The notes under the pieces: generated by a model | Seen by the model: the letters and a program-made list of their open reading frames with translations, nothing else | Told to the model about the DNA's origin: nothing | Databases searched by the model: none | Position numbers and translations under genes: made by a program | In this document: positions 22,752 through 35,958 of the stretch, piece by piece | Layout: every line of letters begins with the position of its first letter | Numbering within the stretch: position 1 is the first letter of the stretch | Assembly (NCBI GenBank): GCA_020891255.1 | Contig: BQFW01000011.1 | Span: 1,240,001 to 1,304,000, forward strand | Length of the DNA stretch: 64,000 nucleotides | From: Entomortierella parvispora E1425 | Lineage: Eukaryota; Fungi; Mortierellomycota | Reading direction: 5' to 3'

Positions 22752-25700
22752 TTAATGACTGAACAGACTAAAGAACAGATAGATGACACTTCCAAAAAAC
22801 CGGAAGAGCGATAGTCCGAAAACGCTCCACATAATCGCGGCCAAATAGGCGTTGGATCCATCCTAAGAAATGAAAAATGAACAATTGAATTAGTTTCAAC
22901 CGTTTTTTCGCCCGTAGATTTAAACATCAACGAATGTACTATTAAAAACGTTGAAAAGGCGCTTAGAGAGGGCTAGAGAGCATGAGAGGAATACTTACGC
23001 TCATGGTCAGCTTTTTCTCAATGACAGAGGAGCAAATGACTGCAATCAGGATCCCGTTTGATCCGATCCAGGCCATGACCAATCGAGTTCGGAATCCACG
23101 GTAATAGTCGTCCTGTTTGGTCGCCGCACTTCTCGACTGATGCACCTCCACGGCCTTGTGAGATAATTCACAAATGGCCTCTTCATAGGCCTCGTTACTA
23201 TGAATCAGATGTGGATAAAGAGCAATTAGTACCATCGCGATGGAAACATATGTTGATAGAGTAATAGAGTAGTGAGCATGCCGAAGAATGACTTACATGT
23301 CAGCGGACGTAATTGGGACTTCGACTTCGACCACTTGTCCATCTCCTTTCTTGGCATCTCCCAAATCTGAATGCGTCGTGTTATCGCCCTTGGTTCCCCA
23401 ACTATTTTTTTTTGTACGATGGAGCAATTGTTCTGTTAATAAAAATAGTCCATAGACAAAAAGAACGAATCCCACAAGGAGATAGCTTACCTCACGTCGT
23501 GCGTATTGCAGAAGGCGTAAACGTTCAAGATATTGACATAGCTTGGCATCATGAACAGGTACTGGATAAAGCTGGTGATCATGTGCCAAGGGTCAAAGTA
23601 CAACAGTGACATAACGATATACAGTCCGTAGGTCGATAGCAGCGAGAGGATAATGTCCCGGAAAGCCGCATTCTTGATAATGGTTTGAAACGTCTGAAAC
23701 GCGTCCTGTGAAGGATCCAATACCGCAAAGGCCGCTTGAAGTGATTTAATCGTGATTAATGTCGCGGCAAAGAGCATGTAGCCCATGATGAGGGCGAATG
23801 CCAGCATCGACATGGTGTAGGTGGCCTTGGATCCTTGAGGTCGGTTACTATTTCAGATGCAATAAAAGTCGTACGAAATGCAATGCGAACAACGGTCAGA
23901 TGTCGGTCAAGAGGTTCTGTCCTGTATCTCGTTTGCCCACATTTCAATCCGATTTTCCTTGATTTTTTTCTTACCCCATGGAACAAATGAACTGTGTGCA
24001 GATGAGGAAAATGTACAGGTATCGCATCACCTCATAGATCCTGTCACCCCAGCCGTTTCCGAATGGGTCAATATCCGGATCCGACAGGGACCGTGTCAAG
24101 AAATAAAAGGTCAGGTACATGTTGCCCTAGAGAAAAAAAATAGAAGAAATAGTCAGTCCCGGTCCGTTCTCTTTCCCGATCACTTCTAGACCCTGCAAGG
24201 ACAATGCCAGTGGATAAAGGTCTTACCAGGGCAAACCACGAGAAAACGATGCTGACAAAGTTGTAAAAGAACTCGACGTGGAACCAAAGCTTCCTCACAA
24301 AGTTGTGATCCGATCTCCAGATGTTGGACGAGTGTGTCAATGCGTAGATCGCTGCAAAGAAGGATCCGTTCAACCATCTTCTCCGCTGCGAGATGAATTC
24401 AGGGACCGAATCCGGTACATCCGTCTCTCCTGTAGCTGATCTCACGTATTTCAAAAGCCACTGCCCTCCGCGTTTCGCCACCAGCTCAAAGCACAGAATT
24501 CGATCCTCTGCCAGGTACATGTTGGCCGAAAAGATGTCCTCCATCTCTCCTCCTTGAGATTCGCCCTTGAAATACGAGGCCAAAGGTCCATTTCCTCGGG
24601 CGTCGTTCAAAAGGGCTTTGTATCGATAGGCGGAAAAGGCTCCTGGCAAGACAGAAATGTATCCAAAGATCGATTCCATGGGCTTGTCCAAGATGTTGGA
24701 CATTTTGTACTCAAAGTTCTGAGCCGCCACCAGTGGGTTCAGCAGGTTGGAGCATCCACGTCCTGTCATGGCACAAATCTCTCCACAGGCGCCTGCCACA
24801 TTCTTGTTCACGTCAAAGGCCTTCCAGAGATGATAAATCGACGTGTTGCCCGGTTTGGTGCCTACATCCAAGAGCACACAGACGTTGGGGTTCAGGATCG
24901 GTCCGAACGCGTTGAAGAACCATCGATGGGAATTGAGCTTCTTCTTGTTCTTTTCCTTGAGACAAAACATGATCTGGACTGGAGGGATCCTGTGGTTGGC
25001 TGATTTGATTTTGAGGTTGGGGTCCAGTGAGATTTGCGTGGTATACTCGTACAGGTGAGCATGGACCTCTTTGCCCCCGACAGAGTTTTTGGCGATCCCG
25101 TCCTGATACACGCCCATCATGGCCAGAGCAGAGAGCACGCGCGGGTTGCATTTGTAACGGCCGTCCGCCACGATGCAGACCACGACTTTTTTCCATCCGT
25201 CGGGACCCCAGGTCTTGGACCGGTCGCGGGCCACGAGATGAGAAATATTTTTCATGACGCCGTGCATGGTTCGACAAAAGAGAACCTCGTCCTCCTGAAC
25301 GGCCAAAAAAAAGAGGTAGGTTGTAGGACAAAGAGGAAATTGAAAAAAGAAATTGTAGAAGTGTGTCAGCAACGGGCCAGGTTTCTTTTTGTTTTGTCCT
25401 TCATTTTTCGCACCAGTGGGAAAAGGCCCGAGAATATAACAATAGCACGCAGGAACCACATGAACGATAAAAAAAGCCTTGAAGGCTGCCGTGTCTCTCG
25501 CCTTCTTTCTTACGTTGTACATGGTCATGACAATGAACAGCTCTGTGTCGCGGTTCAATAACTTGGGCCGCAGGGTGTAGTTTTGGTTCCCAAACTCGTT
25601 CGGATCGCAGGTGACGGCCGTGTATCGCATCGACGTGAACTCTTCGTCGTCCTTTCTGGGGACAATGTCCAAAAGTTTGGTGGGTACAGGACAATCCAGG

Positions 25701-26440
25701 ACCAAATTACCCTGTGTGAGCGTTACTTTCTTTGTGGTCTTGTACCGCCGAGCTTGACGAAGGGGTGCTGGTCCATAATGCATGGTCGGGCTTCCGTATT
25801 GTTGTTGGGGAGGGTAATAGGGGAAAGAGGTAGGCTGGTTCAAAGGGGTTTGAGATCCAAAGCCGTTTCCGAATGGATAAGGCCCTTGGCCTGGGTGCTG
25901 CTGTCCTTGTTGTCCCTGGAGCGGCACATACGTCGACATGGGTGCAGGCATGGGCATGGAGAAGGACACGTTCTGGGCTCCGGTGGTTGCTGGTGAGCTG
26001 GTGTTGGTGGCTGCAGGTGCTTGGGCGTAGTGAAGCTGAGCCTGGGAACGTTGTCGGATCAACTGTGCTTCTTCACTTGGGTTGGGAAGGGGACGAAGAC
26101 TAGAGTTGGAAAGGCCAGATCTCATACCTCCACCGCCAGTGCCTCCACCACCACCACCACCACCACCACTTGGTCCTGCGCGTGGCGTTGTGGGACTGTT
26201 GATGGGCAGCATCTGCAATGTTCCATCGCTTCCGCTTCCACTTCGATAGCTCGTATTACTGGTATTGGGAACCAGTGGATTCCGGAGTGGGTTGGGAGGG
26301 TTATTCGAGGGTCGTAAGAAGTTGTTGTTGGATTGAGACGTGGTCGTTCCAACGCGGGAGTTGCCTCCAGGGCGATTTTGGGTCGTGGGCGTAGAGTTCT
26401 TGCGAGTGCTTGCAGGACTCGAGTTGGAGCTCTTGAACAT
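22752..26440 (-). CDS. CHS: Chitin synthase without myosin motor (division 1, class I/II/III type), multi-exon
   Basis: [85 protein letters not shown]; last exon [25 protein letters not shown] ending at TAA 22752. Confidence 0.96.
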
Positions 26441-27885
26441 TATTATGGATAGTACTTTTTGTTCTCTGGAAAGAAGGAGAAGGGAAGGAAGGAAGATCGA
26501 ATCGATATGGATTGTTGGCTCTCAAGGACGATTAAAAAAAAAAAAAAAAAAATGAGGCGTGTGGGCGCGTGGAAGGGAAGGTGGGGGCGTGTATTTCACG
26601 CCCTGTTCACTGGCTGAAGGGGAAGGGTCCTGCTTGTCGGTTGAAGGACAAGAAAGACAGGGGTCAACAAAGATGTGCCAGTGACCAGATTTGTTGTTTT
26701 CAGGCACAGGGCTTTCTTGTCGAAGGGACTAAAGAAAGACGACGTCAAATGAGGAGGGGGAAAGGGGAAGCAAAGGGTCGATGGTGCAGGCACAACGACA
26801 GAAAGCAAAGAGGAGCAGAGGAGGCGGCGCCCTGTGTAAACAAAGGAAGGAACAAAGGTATATAGGTATATAGTTCCTGTTCTATTCTCAGAGGTAGTGG
26901 CGCGCGTGGGTCCGGTGGCGGGCGGGCAAGGTTTGCGCAATGGGGGTTGGAGAAGGAGATGGAGCAGCGGGGATGACAATGAGATGAGCAGACATGCGCA
27001 CAGGCAGTATGAGCAATGGAAGGGACAGAGAGGAAGGCAAGAAGGAAGGACGGAAGGACGGAAGGACGGAAGGACGGAAGGAAGGAATCAAACGACCATC
27101 GATAGCAAAGCCATAGCGAGGCAGCAGCGTAACAACAGCGTGCGATTGCAGCAGTAATAGCCAAAGGGGCACCGTGCCTTAATCCCAAGAAGGTTTATTG
27201 CCCCAATTTGCCCATTGCAAGGGTCCTCTCCCTGTCTTTCACTGTTCTCCTCTTCTTTGCCTCTCGTCTCGTCTTGTTTGGCTGTCTGCCGTCGTCCTTC
27301 AGCCCTGGGCTGTCACTATCGAATGCTCTTGGCGCCGAAGCCCGCCCTCGTTGCATACATGTATATAGGACAATGATTTGATTTGTGGTGGGCGTCAAGG
27401 ATCTGTCAGTCGGTAAAAGAAAGAGCACAAGTAGCAGCAGCAAGCAACAACAGAGCCGGAAGGGCTGCGCGCAGACGACCAAAAAGCTCGTTCGGTTCAG
27501 GAAAGAACCAAAGCAATTCGTATGATCCCTTTTCCGGATTCTACTTTCGGTCCTTTTGTTTCCACTTCATGACGATCGCGCGGGAAAAGAAGGGGGAGGA
27601 GGATCCATCCGTTCATGTCGGTTTCGTGCATTGGGCAGGCACGCGCGTTTTATTTTGTTCCATGTGTGTTTGAGCGTTATCTAATCACCGCGTTTTATGA
27701 AGAAACATGAACAGGGCAAGGTCTTTTTACACTATAGGACAGAGCAAGGTATATACAAGGAGAAAAAGGGTGATGGGTCCGGTGGTATCCGTTCAAGACC
27801 CAGAGAGTGTACAAGGAAGAACTGCTGTGTTGACGGGCAAAAGGACTTTAGCGGGGTCCGTTCACAACAACAGCTGTTGAGCCTC

Positions 27886-29613
27886 CTAAGCCCTGTGGGG
27901 CGAATTGATGATCAACGCAAACAGCAATCCAGAGACAAGACCAGCGGCTGGGAGGGTAAAGACCCACGAAGACGCAACCAATCCCAGCATCTTCCAGTTG
28001 ATCGATTTGCGACCACCACCACTCACAAGTCCCACAGAGGTTGTCGCACCCGTGATACAATGGGTCGTCGAGACGGGCAGACCCAACTTTGAGCACGTCA
28101 AGACCGTAAGAGAAGTTCCCAAAGAGACGGCAAAGCCACGACTGGGGGAGATGAACGTGATCTTGTTGCCCAAGGTGGCCATCACCTTGTAGCCATAGGT
28201 CAACAAACCAATATCGATCGCAATGCCACCATAGGCCAAGATCCAGGTAGGAATCGGCGCCTTGCCCGACACATCTACGCTGCCATTCTTCCAGATGTAA
28301 AAGATGGTCGTCAGAGGTCCGATGGCGTTGGCAACATCGTTCGAGCCGTGGGCAAAGGAGGCAAAGCAAGACGTCAAGACCTGGAGAGTGCAGAACAAGA
28401 GCTCTGTCTTGCCGTCATAACGGGTCGACTTGTCGTGGATCTGATCTATCTCTGCAGTGTTCTTGTTGATATCTTGGTCCATACCGTGGGTCATCTTGGC
28501 CTTGAACTTGTTAAACAACATGCGACTCTTGGATAGACCTCTTGTATCGTCCAGGGCGGCAAGGCTGCTATTGACCTCGCCATGGTTCTCCTCATGGGCC
28601 GTATAGGCCTCTTCCATGGTCTTGACTTTCAGCCCATCGGGGGAATGAGGATCAGAACAACCTTTGTCGCTGGTAACTGTGCGGCTAGTATCCAATTGGG
28701 GGGCAGGGGCCATTCGGGTCTTGACGAAAGGAATGTAAAAGCAATGGTACCACTTTAGAGGCTCACCATTCTCAATCTTGCGACGAAGGTAGGGACGCAT
28801 GAAGAAGAAGCACCACAAAAAGACGGCTCCGGCCACACCAAACGAGATGCCGAGAATAACGCCAATAGGCATCTTGGACAGATTCAGACCAGGCGATCCC
28901 TTGAAGATGATGTAAAAGACGTTGATAAAAATGGTAATGGAAAAGTAAAAGGGAATGGCCCGCAAGCCGCGCTGGAGCGAGTTCTCGTGCTGGAGAATCA
29001 AGTACTTTGTGGCCAGGAAGATGCCGGAAGTGATCTGCAGAGTGGGGTTTCAGTCAGTGGGATTACCGGGGAATGCGGTGCCTTTATCCAATGAGAAAAT
29101 ACTCTTTTTTTTTTTTTTTTTTTTTTTTTCTTTTTTTTCTCTTACCAGACCGGCGCAGACGGGCGAGATGAGCCAACTGCTGACAATCTTGCCAATCTCA
29201 ACCCATTGGACAGCACTGGCACCTTGGAAGGCGATACCAATGCCGGTGATGGCACCGACGATGGCGTGGGTGGTCGAGACGGGCCATCCTTTGGAGGAGG
29301 CAAAGAGAACCCAGGTGGACGATCCGACCAAGGAGCAAACCATGCCCAGAAGAAGAATCTCTGGCTGAGCAGCAAACAAATTGACATCAATCAGACCTCC
29401 CTTGATCGTGTCTGCAGTGGAGGAACCCATGAGAAAGGCACCGAGGAACTCGCAGACCGAGGCGATGAGGACGGCTTGCTTGAGGTTCAAGGCCTTTGAG
29501 CCAACGGCGGCGGAGAAACTGTTGCTGACATCGTTGGCACCGATACCGTACGAGTCCAGGAAGGCAAAGATCATGCCCAGCACAAACAGAAACGTGTACT
29601 CATGAGGATACAT
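27886..29613 (-). CDS. PHO89: PiT/SLC20-family inorganic phosphate transporter (exons 29613-29146, 29035-27886)
   Basis: Signature motifs GIGANDVSNSF, PVSTTHAIVG, FAHGSNDVANAIGPL, SPSRGF, LPVSTTHCITG. Confidence 0.95.
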
Positions 29614-30369
29614 GTTGGAAAGAGAAGGAGGGGCAGAGGGTGAAAGGGGGATGAAGAGTGGAGAAAAGAAAACTGAGAGAGGAGAAAAGAAGAAAAAAAG
29701 ATATAGTCCGTCCTAGATCGACAAGCGCGCATCAACGGACTGAAACGGCGCAGGCGAATGAATGAATGGCCGCAGGGGTGTGGCGCAGGGGTCAAGGTGT
29801 ATTGTTCCCGCTAGTACCAGTGCACCGTCAGTGGGGGACGTGACGGCAGAGACATGGACGTGCGGCAGTGGATGACATCTTGCCTGTCTTTGGGAGCTGG
29901 CGAGATGCTCAATTCGATGGATATGAATCAAGGATACTATCTGGTGTTGATCTAGGATGCGCGAGACGCGATCTGGATCCCGTCATTGCTTCTAGTGGAG
30001 CAGGATTGAATAAGAGCTGCAAGTGAAGAGAACGAGTTGTTGGCGTGAATAATAAAAAATAGAAAAAAAAGAAAGGCAAACATCCCATGTCCCAGCATGT
30101 TTTGTTCCCAGCAGGTCTGTTCCTGTCTTCTGAACAGAGCGAGTCCCTTGCCACAGGAGATGCTCCTGTTCCTTCCGACGTGTGCAAGGTGGATGTCCTA
30201 TCTGGACCCTGCCTGACTGACTGACCCAGACCCAGACCCAGACCCTGTTGTTCCATTGTGGAGACAGCAGACATGGAATGGACAGACAGAGGAAGGAAGA
30301 GCAAGAGCCTGGAGCCACGAGAGAAAAGTGTGGGGTTTGCGTGCGAGTGTGGAGAGCAAGGAGGGCATC

Positions 30370-30623
30370 GACAGGACAGGACAGGACAGGACAGGACAGG
30401 AACAGACCCACAAAGTGAAAAAGTGCGGGGTAAAAAAGAGTCCAACGGGTCCGTTCTGGGCGAATTTCTTTCCTTTCTAAATTATAATCTATCTAGACAC
30501 TAGACACTACTATCGCTCTTTGCATTCGTTCATCCACGACGACGAACAACGAACGACGACGACGACGCTGACCAGGAACAAACGAACGATTGATTGACTG
30601 ATTGATTGATTGATTGATTGATT
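30370..30623. repeat. Microsatellite cluster in the PHO89/orphan divergent promoter: (GACAG)n about 30370-30400, (ACG)n, (ATTG)n about 30588-30623
   Basis: Directly visible tandem runs. Confidence 0.9.
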
Positions 30624-30662
30624 CTTCACCCTTATAATCGAATCAACCCATCTTCATCACCC

Positions 30663-32309
30663 ATGGCTGGACCCCCCTCCGCGTCGACCCTCATCCCCGT
30701 GCAGCCCTCGGAGCATGTCTTTGTGCTCATCTTGGAGCAGTTCTGGGGCGACGGCATCTCCAAACGAGAGATTCGCACCGTGTACACCACAGCAGCCGAC
30801 GCCAATGCTGCATGCCAGGACTACCTCCTGCGCACATGGCCGCGGGATCAGTTTTCGCTCTACGAGATCGGTGCATCTCCACAGCAACCCGAGCTCAGCA
30901 AGGTCTCTGCGCAAATCAACACGGACCGGTTCCATGTCTGGGTCGAGCGCCATTCATGGGAGGGCACCCTCGACTTTTCTTCAAAGGCGATTGCAAAACG
31001 CGCCGGCAAGGGACCCAATGCGTATATTCTCCAGCGCACCATCAAGGATGCGTCAGGCGGGAAGCGACGTTCGACCACCCGTGGGATCTTTGCGACGTAT
31101 CAGCTGGCGAAGCAGGCTTTGGCCCAGGAACAGCCTCCCTCAGAGTGGTCCTCCAACGAGGGTTATGTCGTCGAAACCCATGGTGAATATGCACATGCGC
31201 TCTCACCTTCGGGCAAGACGGCGTGGCTCTTTATCGAGATCCGACCTCTTTACATGACATACCAGCCAATGGACCAGGAGGAGCAGGAGCAACTGCACGC
31301 ACAAGGAGCCTCTTCGAGTCATATCGGCACTTCTGCATCACACCCCATCAGTCTCGACCATGGCGACGACAGTATAACAGGCACTCCAGTGGCGTCTATT
31401 CCTCCCTCGCCTTCGTTTGACTTTAGCATCCACAGGAGCGGCTCCTTGCGACCGTTCCATCTCGACAACCCCAGTTCCCCTATGCAATCGAATCCAGACG
31501 AGGCAGGTGCTTTTGTGTACTTAGTGCTACAGCTCAAGACTATTCCGTATACACCGCCTATTCTGACAGTGGAGGCTGTGGCGTACGAGATTGAGGTGGC
31601 CAATCGAGTAGGCATTGCGCTCTTGGAAGGTTTTGGTGGCCCAGCATATGTTTTCGAGCCTATTCTCCGAGAGGATGGGTGTCTCCAGGGGACAATCGAA
31701 CTGCGATCTCGGGACGAGGGGCTTACAGTTTGGGTGGAAAAGCGGGCAGTCGTGCTGGGAGAGCTGGACTTGGAGTTGCTGTCGGAGCCAGGATCGATTC
31801 CATCCAACTTGAACAAGTTGCCTCACAGCCCATTGCGTACGCACTATGAGCGGGATATAATTTCGACCCCTTCCTCCGCGTTGGGATTGGGATCTCATAA
31901 GCGCGAAGAACCCGAGGGCGGGTTCGATGACCCAATGCCAATTTCACCGCAGGCCAAGACGGCTCGGATCTCGAAAAAAATCGATGGACGGTTCAAGGTG
32001 GTAGAGTCAACTCATTCTACTTTGAGCACGATAGCAACATCTGCCACAGCGACATCATCAGAGGCAACCGCTACGACAACAGAGGACATCCATCGCTCCA
32101 TTGTCGACTCTTCAGAAGAGGTCACGGCAGCAGTGTTGAAGGCTAGGGTACGGTTTTATCATTCCGTGACGAATTGTGACCTGGACGCAGTGGAGATCCA
32201 GGATGAGCTCGACAAGGAGGATGTGCGAACCATTCAGGCAAAGTCTCGATCCAACCCCTCACTCTTTCTCCTCAAAGTCAAAGTCCAAGAAGGTCCTGCA
32301 TCTGAATAA
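30663..32309 (+). CDS. Uncharacterised intronless protein with about three copies of an ~80-aa domain
   Basis: 548-aa ORF from ATG 30663; recurring pattern of hydrophobic strand (VFVL/AYIL/VYLV), then V/I-Y/F/A-x-T/Y/E-x-x-x-A-N/K helix, ending in W-V/L-x-x-E-R/K. Confidence 0.75.
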   Translation: MAGPPSASTLIPVQPSEHVFVLILEQFWGDGISKREIRTVYTTAADANAACQDYLLRTWPRDQFSLYEIGASPQQPELSKVSAQINTDRFHVWVERHSWEGTLDFSSKAIAKRAGKGPNAYILQRTIKDASGGKRRSTTRGIFATYQLAKQALAQEQPPSEWSSNEGYVVETHGEYAHALSPSGKTAWLFIEIRPLYMTYQPMDQEEQEQLHAQGASSSHIGTSASHPISLDHGDDSITGTPVASIPPSPSFDFSIHRSGSLRPFHLDNPSSPMQSNPDEAGAFVYLVLQLKTIPYTPPILTVEAVAYEIEVANRVGIALLEGFGGPAYVFEPILREDGCLQGTIELRSRDEGLTVWVEKRAVVLGELDLELLSEPGSIPSNLNKLPHSPLRTHYERDIISTPSSALGLGSHKREEPEGGFDDPMPISPQAKTARISKKIDGRFKVVESTHSTLSTIATSATATSSEATATTTEDIHRSIVDSSEEVTAAVLKARVRFYHSVTNCDLDAVEIQDELDKEDVRTIQAKSRSNPSLFLLKVKVQEGPASE

Positions 32310-32848
32310 TAACTCTTAATATACGTACTAAAGAATCTTAAAGAACACTCAGCTCTCTATACCGGGTCATCATTCCATGCAGCCAAAGCTGAGAGATACT
32401 GCAACACTAAAAATTTAATCAAAGTCATGGATGTGCGAACCATGACGATAAAAGCAGTACCGGATAAAAGACGCATCGTATCATGATTACTCGCTGGTTC
32501 AAACCTAACAGACCAAAAAGATTTCGACGCGTCCGTTGGACATACAGCAAGGCAAGGCTCTAAACAGCACATTCGGACTAAGGAGGAGAGGACTCACGAT
32601 TCCACTGTCATGGTTCGGTCATTATTGCAAACACCTCTCACTCCCCACTTCCCCCGCCCCTGGTATACAGGATAGACAAGATACCGATCGCCAGTTCCCA
32701 GCATCCAAACATCATGTTTGCATCATGGACTTTTGAAAAGTATATAAAGGTCAGCCATAGCCCACCAATTGTTTTTTCTTCTTCATCAACTCAACACCAC
32801 ATCTTCCCTTACACACACACTCACTACAACAACCCACTTTTTTTCAAC

Positions 32849-33388
32849 ATGACCAACAAGATCTCCAACAACTTCAACGCCGCTATCGGAGGCGCCAAGG
32901 AAATGGTCGGCCACGCCACCGGCAACGAGAGACTCGCCGGACACGGTGCCGCCCAGAAGGCCGAGGCCCAGACCGCCAAACACATGCATGGCGTTGACAC
33001 CCATGGTGCCAACACCAACATCAACACCGATGGTACCACCAACCACGGCGCCAACACCCACGGTGCGACCCCCATCGGTTCCAACACCAACACCCTCGGC
33101 ACGGATGCCTACGGCAACTCCCAGGTCCCCGGTCGGGGCCAGGCTATGGGCGCCGGAGCCGGCATCTATGTGCCCGGTGACCAGACCCAGAGCGTCGGTA
33201 CAGGCAACAATGTCCCTGATGGTGCCGCCCACGCGCGCAGTGCCGGCATGGGCACGCACGCCAAGGGCGTCGAGCACAACATTGAAGGCGGTGTTCAAAA
33301 GGCCGTCGGAGGTGCCACGAACAACCCCGGGATGGAGGCCCGTGGCCACAACAACTCTGCCCTCGGAGATGTCGAGCGCCGTCTCTAG
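32849..33388 (+). CDS. CsbD-like/LEA-type hydrophilic stress protein
   Basis: MTNKISNNFNAAIGGAKEMVGHATGNERLAGHG at the N-terminus, a similar unit (IEGGVQKAVGGATNNPGMEARG) at the C-terminus, Gly/Asn/Thr-rich spacer; TATA-like TATATAAA upstream. Confidence 0.8.
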   Translation: MTNKISNNFNAAIGGAKEMVGHATGNERLAGHGAAQKAEAQTAKHMHGVDTHGANTNINTDGTTNHGANTHGATPIGSNTNTLGTDAYGNSQVPGRGQAMGAGAGIYVPGDQTQSVGTGNNVPDGAAHARSAGMGTHAKGVEHNIEGGVQKAVGGATNNPGMEARGHNNSALGDVERRL

Positions 33389-33887
33389 GCGATTCATTCC
33401 CTGATTGAAGCCAAACCTGTCTTTCGCCCAGAGGATCATAGTAGGATCGGGAGGTCGAGAGAACGAAAACTGTTTCCTGTAAATAAATCTATTTTATTAT
33501 ATATCCCCTCCATTGAGATATGAACATGAACAAGGTATTCAATAATGAAATGACGGAGATCGAGATCCAGGATCAGATAATGGTGCACGTACACATGAAG
33601 CCAGATACATGGAGACCGATCGCCCGATCACGTACGTGAGTCCGCCCCGAAAGACGGCAGTTGAGAGAGCCGTGCGCGAACGAACGGGTTTTTCTTTTAT
33701 TATTTCCACAAAAGACCTGATCAGTTCATCGCCATTGGTGGCATTCATTTATTCATTCATTCATTTATTCATTCATTCATTCATTCGCATTCCTCATCTT
33801 TCTTTCTTTTTCTTTTTCTCTTTTTCTCTCATTCCCTCACTCTCTCTTCTCTCTCTCTCTCCCCTCCACTTCAACCCTCTTATCCAC

Positions 33888-35839
33888 ATGGACATGGAGA
33901 CGGTCTCGCAGCTGCTCCTCGGCAGCCACCCCTCCCTGGGCTTCCTCAATGGCACCGACGCTGGCGCTCGTTTATTAAAGTCGCACCAGGACAAACCCCT
34001 TGTCCTCCCTCTCCTTGCTCTCCTCCCCGTCCTCGTCTTTTCCCTCTTTCGCCTCTACACCACCTCACCCGTCGCCCTCTTCTACAACAAGAACCCCGCC
34101 ACGATCAAACTCTACAACAAGCACTCTGGCAAGACCAGAGAAGAAAACCTGGTCGACTACATCAAGCGCAAATGCCCTTCCCTCTCAGATCCCTCCCGTG
34201 GCGCCTTGTTCAAGCCCACACTCTGGATGACTAGCGGACATTTGCAAACGGCCTACGCTGCTTACAGGGATTTCGACGACGTTTACATCATCCCCTACGA
34301 TCGGTAAGAGTCGAGATGCCTCGAAAGTGGCCAACTCCCTCATGATACCCCTGGGCTGCAGTGTTTCCCTTTTCCTTTTGGAACCCAACCACATTTTGTC
34401 CGACGCTTGATCGGACCCAACTTGGGCCAATGGTCTCTAGAAGCGGGGATGCACGTTTGGGCGGAAATCTATTCTTTTTGTTTCCACATGCTTACCTTTC
34501 TTTTCTCTTCTGATTGATGTTGTTTTTAGTGAATTGCTTACGACTCCAGATGGTGGTACAGTGTCCATCGACTGGGCCCCTTCTTTGGCCAAGATGCCTG
34601 CAGATGACACCCCTACTTTGGTGCTCCTGCACGGTTTGACGGGAGGATCGCATGAATCTTATATCCGTGCCTTGGTCGAGAAGATGACGCGGGACCATGG
34701 ATACCGCTGCGTCGTGTTCAATGCCCGTGCTTGCGCCAACACCGAGTTGACTTCAGCACAGCTTTATTGTGGATCATGGACCGAGGATCTCCGCATGGTC
34801 GTCAAACATATCCGAAAGGTCTTGCCCGAGGCCAAGCTGATGAGTGTCGGCTTTAGTTTGGGCGCCAACATCTTGATGAACTATATGGGCGAGGAAGGAG
34901 ACCAATGCGAGTTCTTGGGTGCCATGTCAGTTGGTAACCCCTATGATCTTTTTGGGTAAAAAAAATTTGCCGACTCTTTTTTTTTTTTTTTTTTTTGTTT
35001 TTGTTTTTTTTTTTTTTTTTGGAGTCGTCTCTGACAACCTATTCTCTCATCTCGTTGCAACTAGAACTGGATTGGCTATTGACCGTGGATTCTTGGGACG
35101 CAATGTTTATTCACCAGCGATGGGCGGCAACTTGAAGCGCATCTTTATGAAGCACACAAAGTGGTTCGAGGACAGCGATATCGTCGACATTGAAGCCGTG
35201 AAGCGTGGACGCACGATTCGTGATTTTGATGACCAAGTGACGCGCAAGGTCTTCAAGTACAGGACCGTGAACGAATACTACAGGATGGCCTCTTCCTCCC
35301 AGCGACTCTTGGACATCAAGCGACCTTTCCTCTGTCTCAGTGCCCTGGACGATCCCATCGCCGTGAGGGAATGCTTGCCCTATGACGAGATCAAGGGCAA
35401 CCCCTATGGATTGTTGGCCACGACAGAACGTGGGGGTCATTTGGGTTGGTTCGAGGGTTTCTGGTCCCAGGAGAGATGGTGCACACAGCCCTTGGCCGAG
35501 TACTGCATGGCCTTGTTCAATGCCGACACGCGTCCTGTTTCTGAAACGCCTTCGATGAAGCCTCCCGTCAAGAAGATGGCCACCACCGCCGCCGAGGATG
35601 GAGAAGACTCTCCCCCAGAGAAGGCTTCCTTGGAACGCAGCAACATCTCGGCTTCTTCTGGCGCGACCACGAAACCTGTCCGTCGATTGAGCCGATCCAG
35701 ATCTCAAGCACGGGATCGTTCTCATCACCATAACCATCCCGAAGAAGAGAGAAGGCAGGGCGGTGGACCCTTGAGACGCAAGTCTTTTTGGGCCACACTC
35801 GTGCCTCTGGCGGTTTACTTTTTGATGAAGCGCCGGTAG
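33888..35839 (+). CDS. Alpha/beta hydrolase of the ABHD1/ABHD3/Eht1-Eeb1-Mgl2 family (3 exons)
   Basis: PTLWMTSGHLQTAY, TPDGGTVSIDW, LHGLTGGSHESYIR, nucleophile GFSLGAN, ALDDP, GGHLGWFEG. Confidence 0.93.
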
Positions 35840-35927
35840 ACGGAGACTTGAACTAGAACTAGAGTAGCCCCCCCGTCATTGCATCTCCCGTTTGCCGCTC
35901 TAAAACCTATAGAGTCATAATAACATA

Positions 35928-35958
<31 letters not shown>

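Noticed and set aside
32786-33439. 217-aa minus-strand ORF and alternative plus frames over the CsbD-like gene
   Set aside because: Antisense or out-of-frame shadows of a GC3-rich gene.
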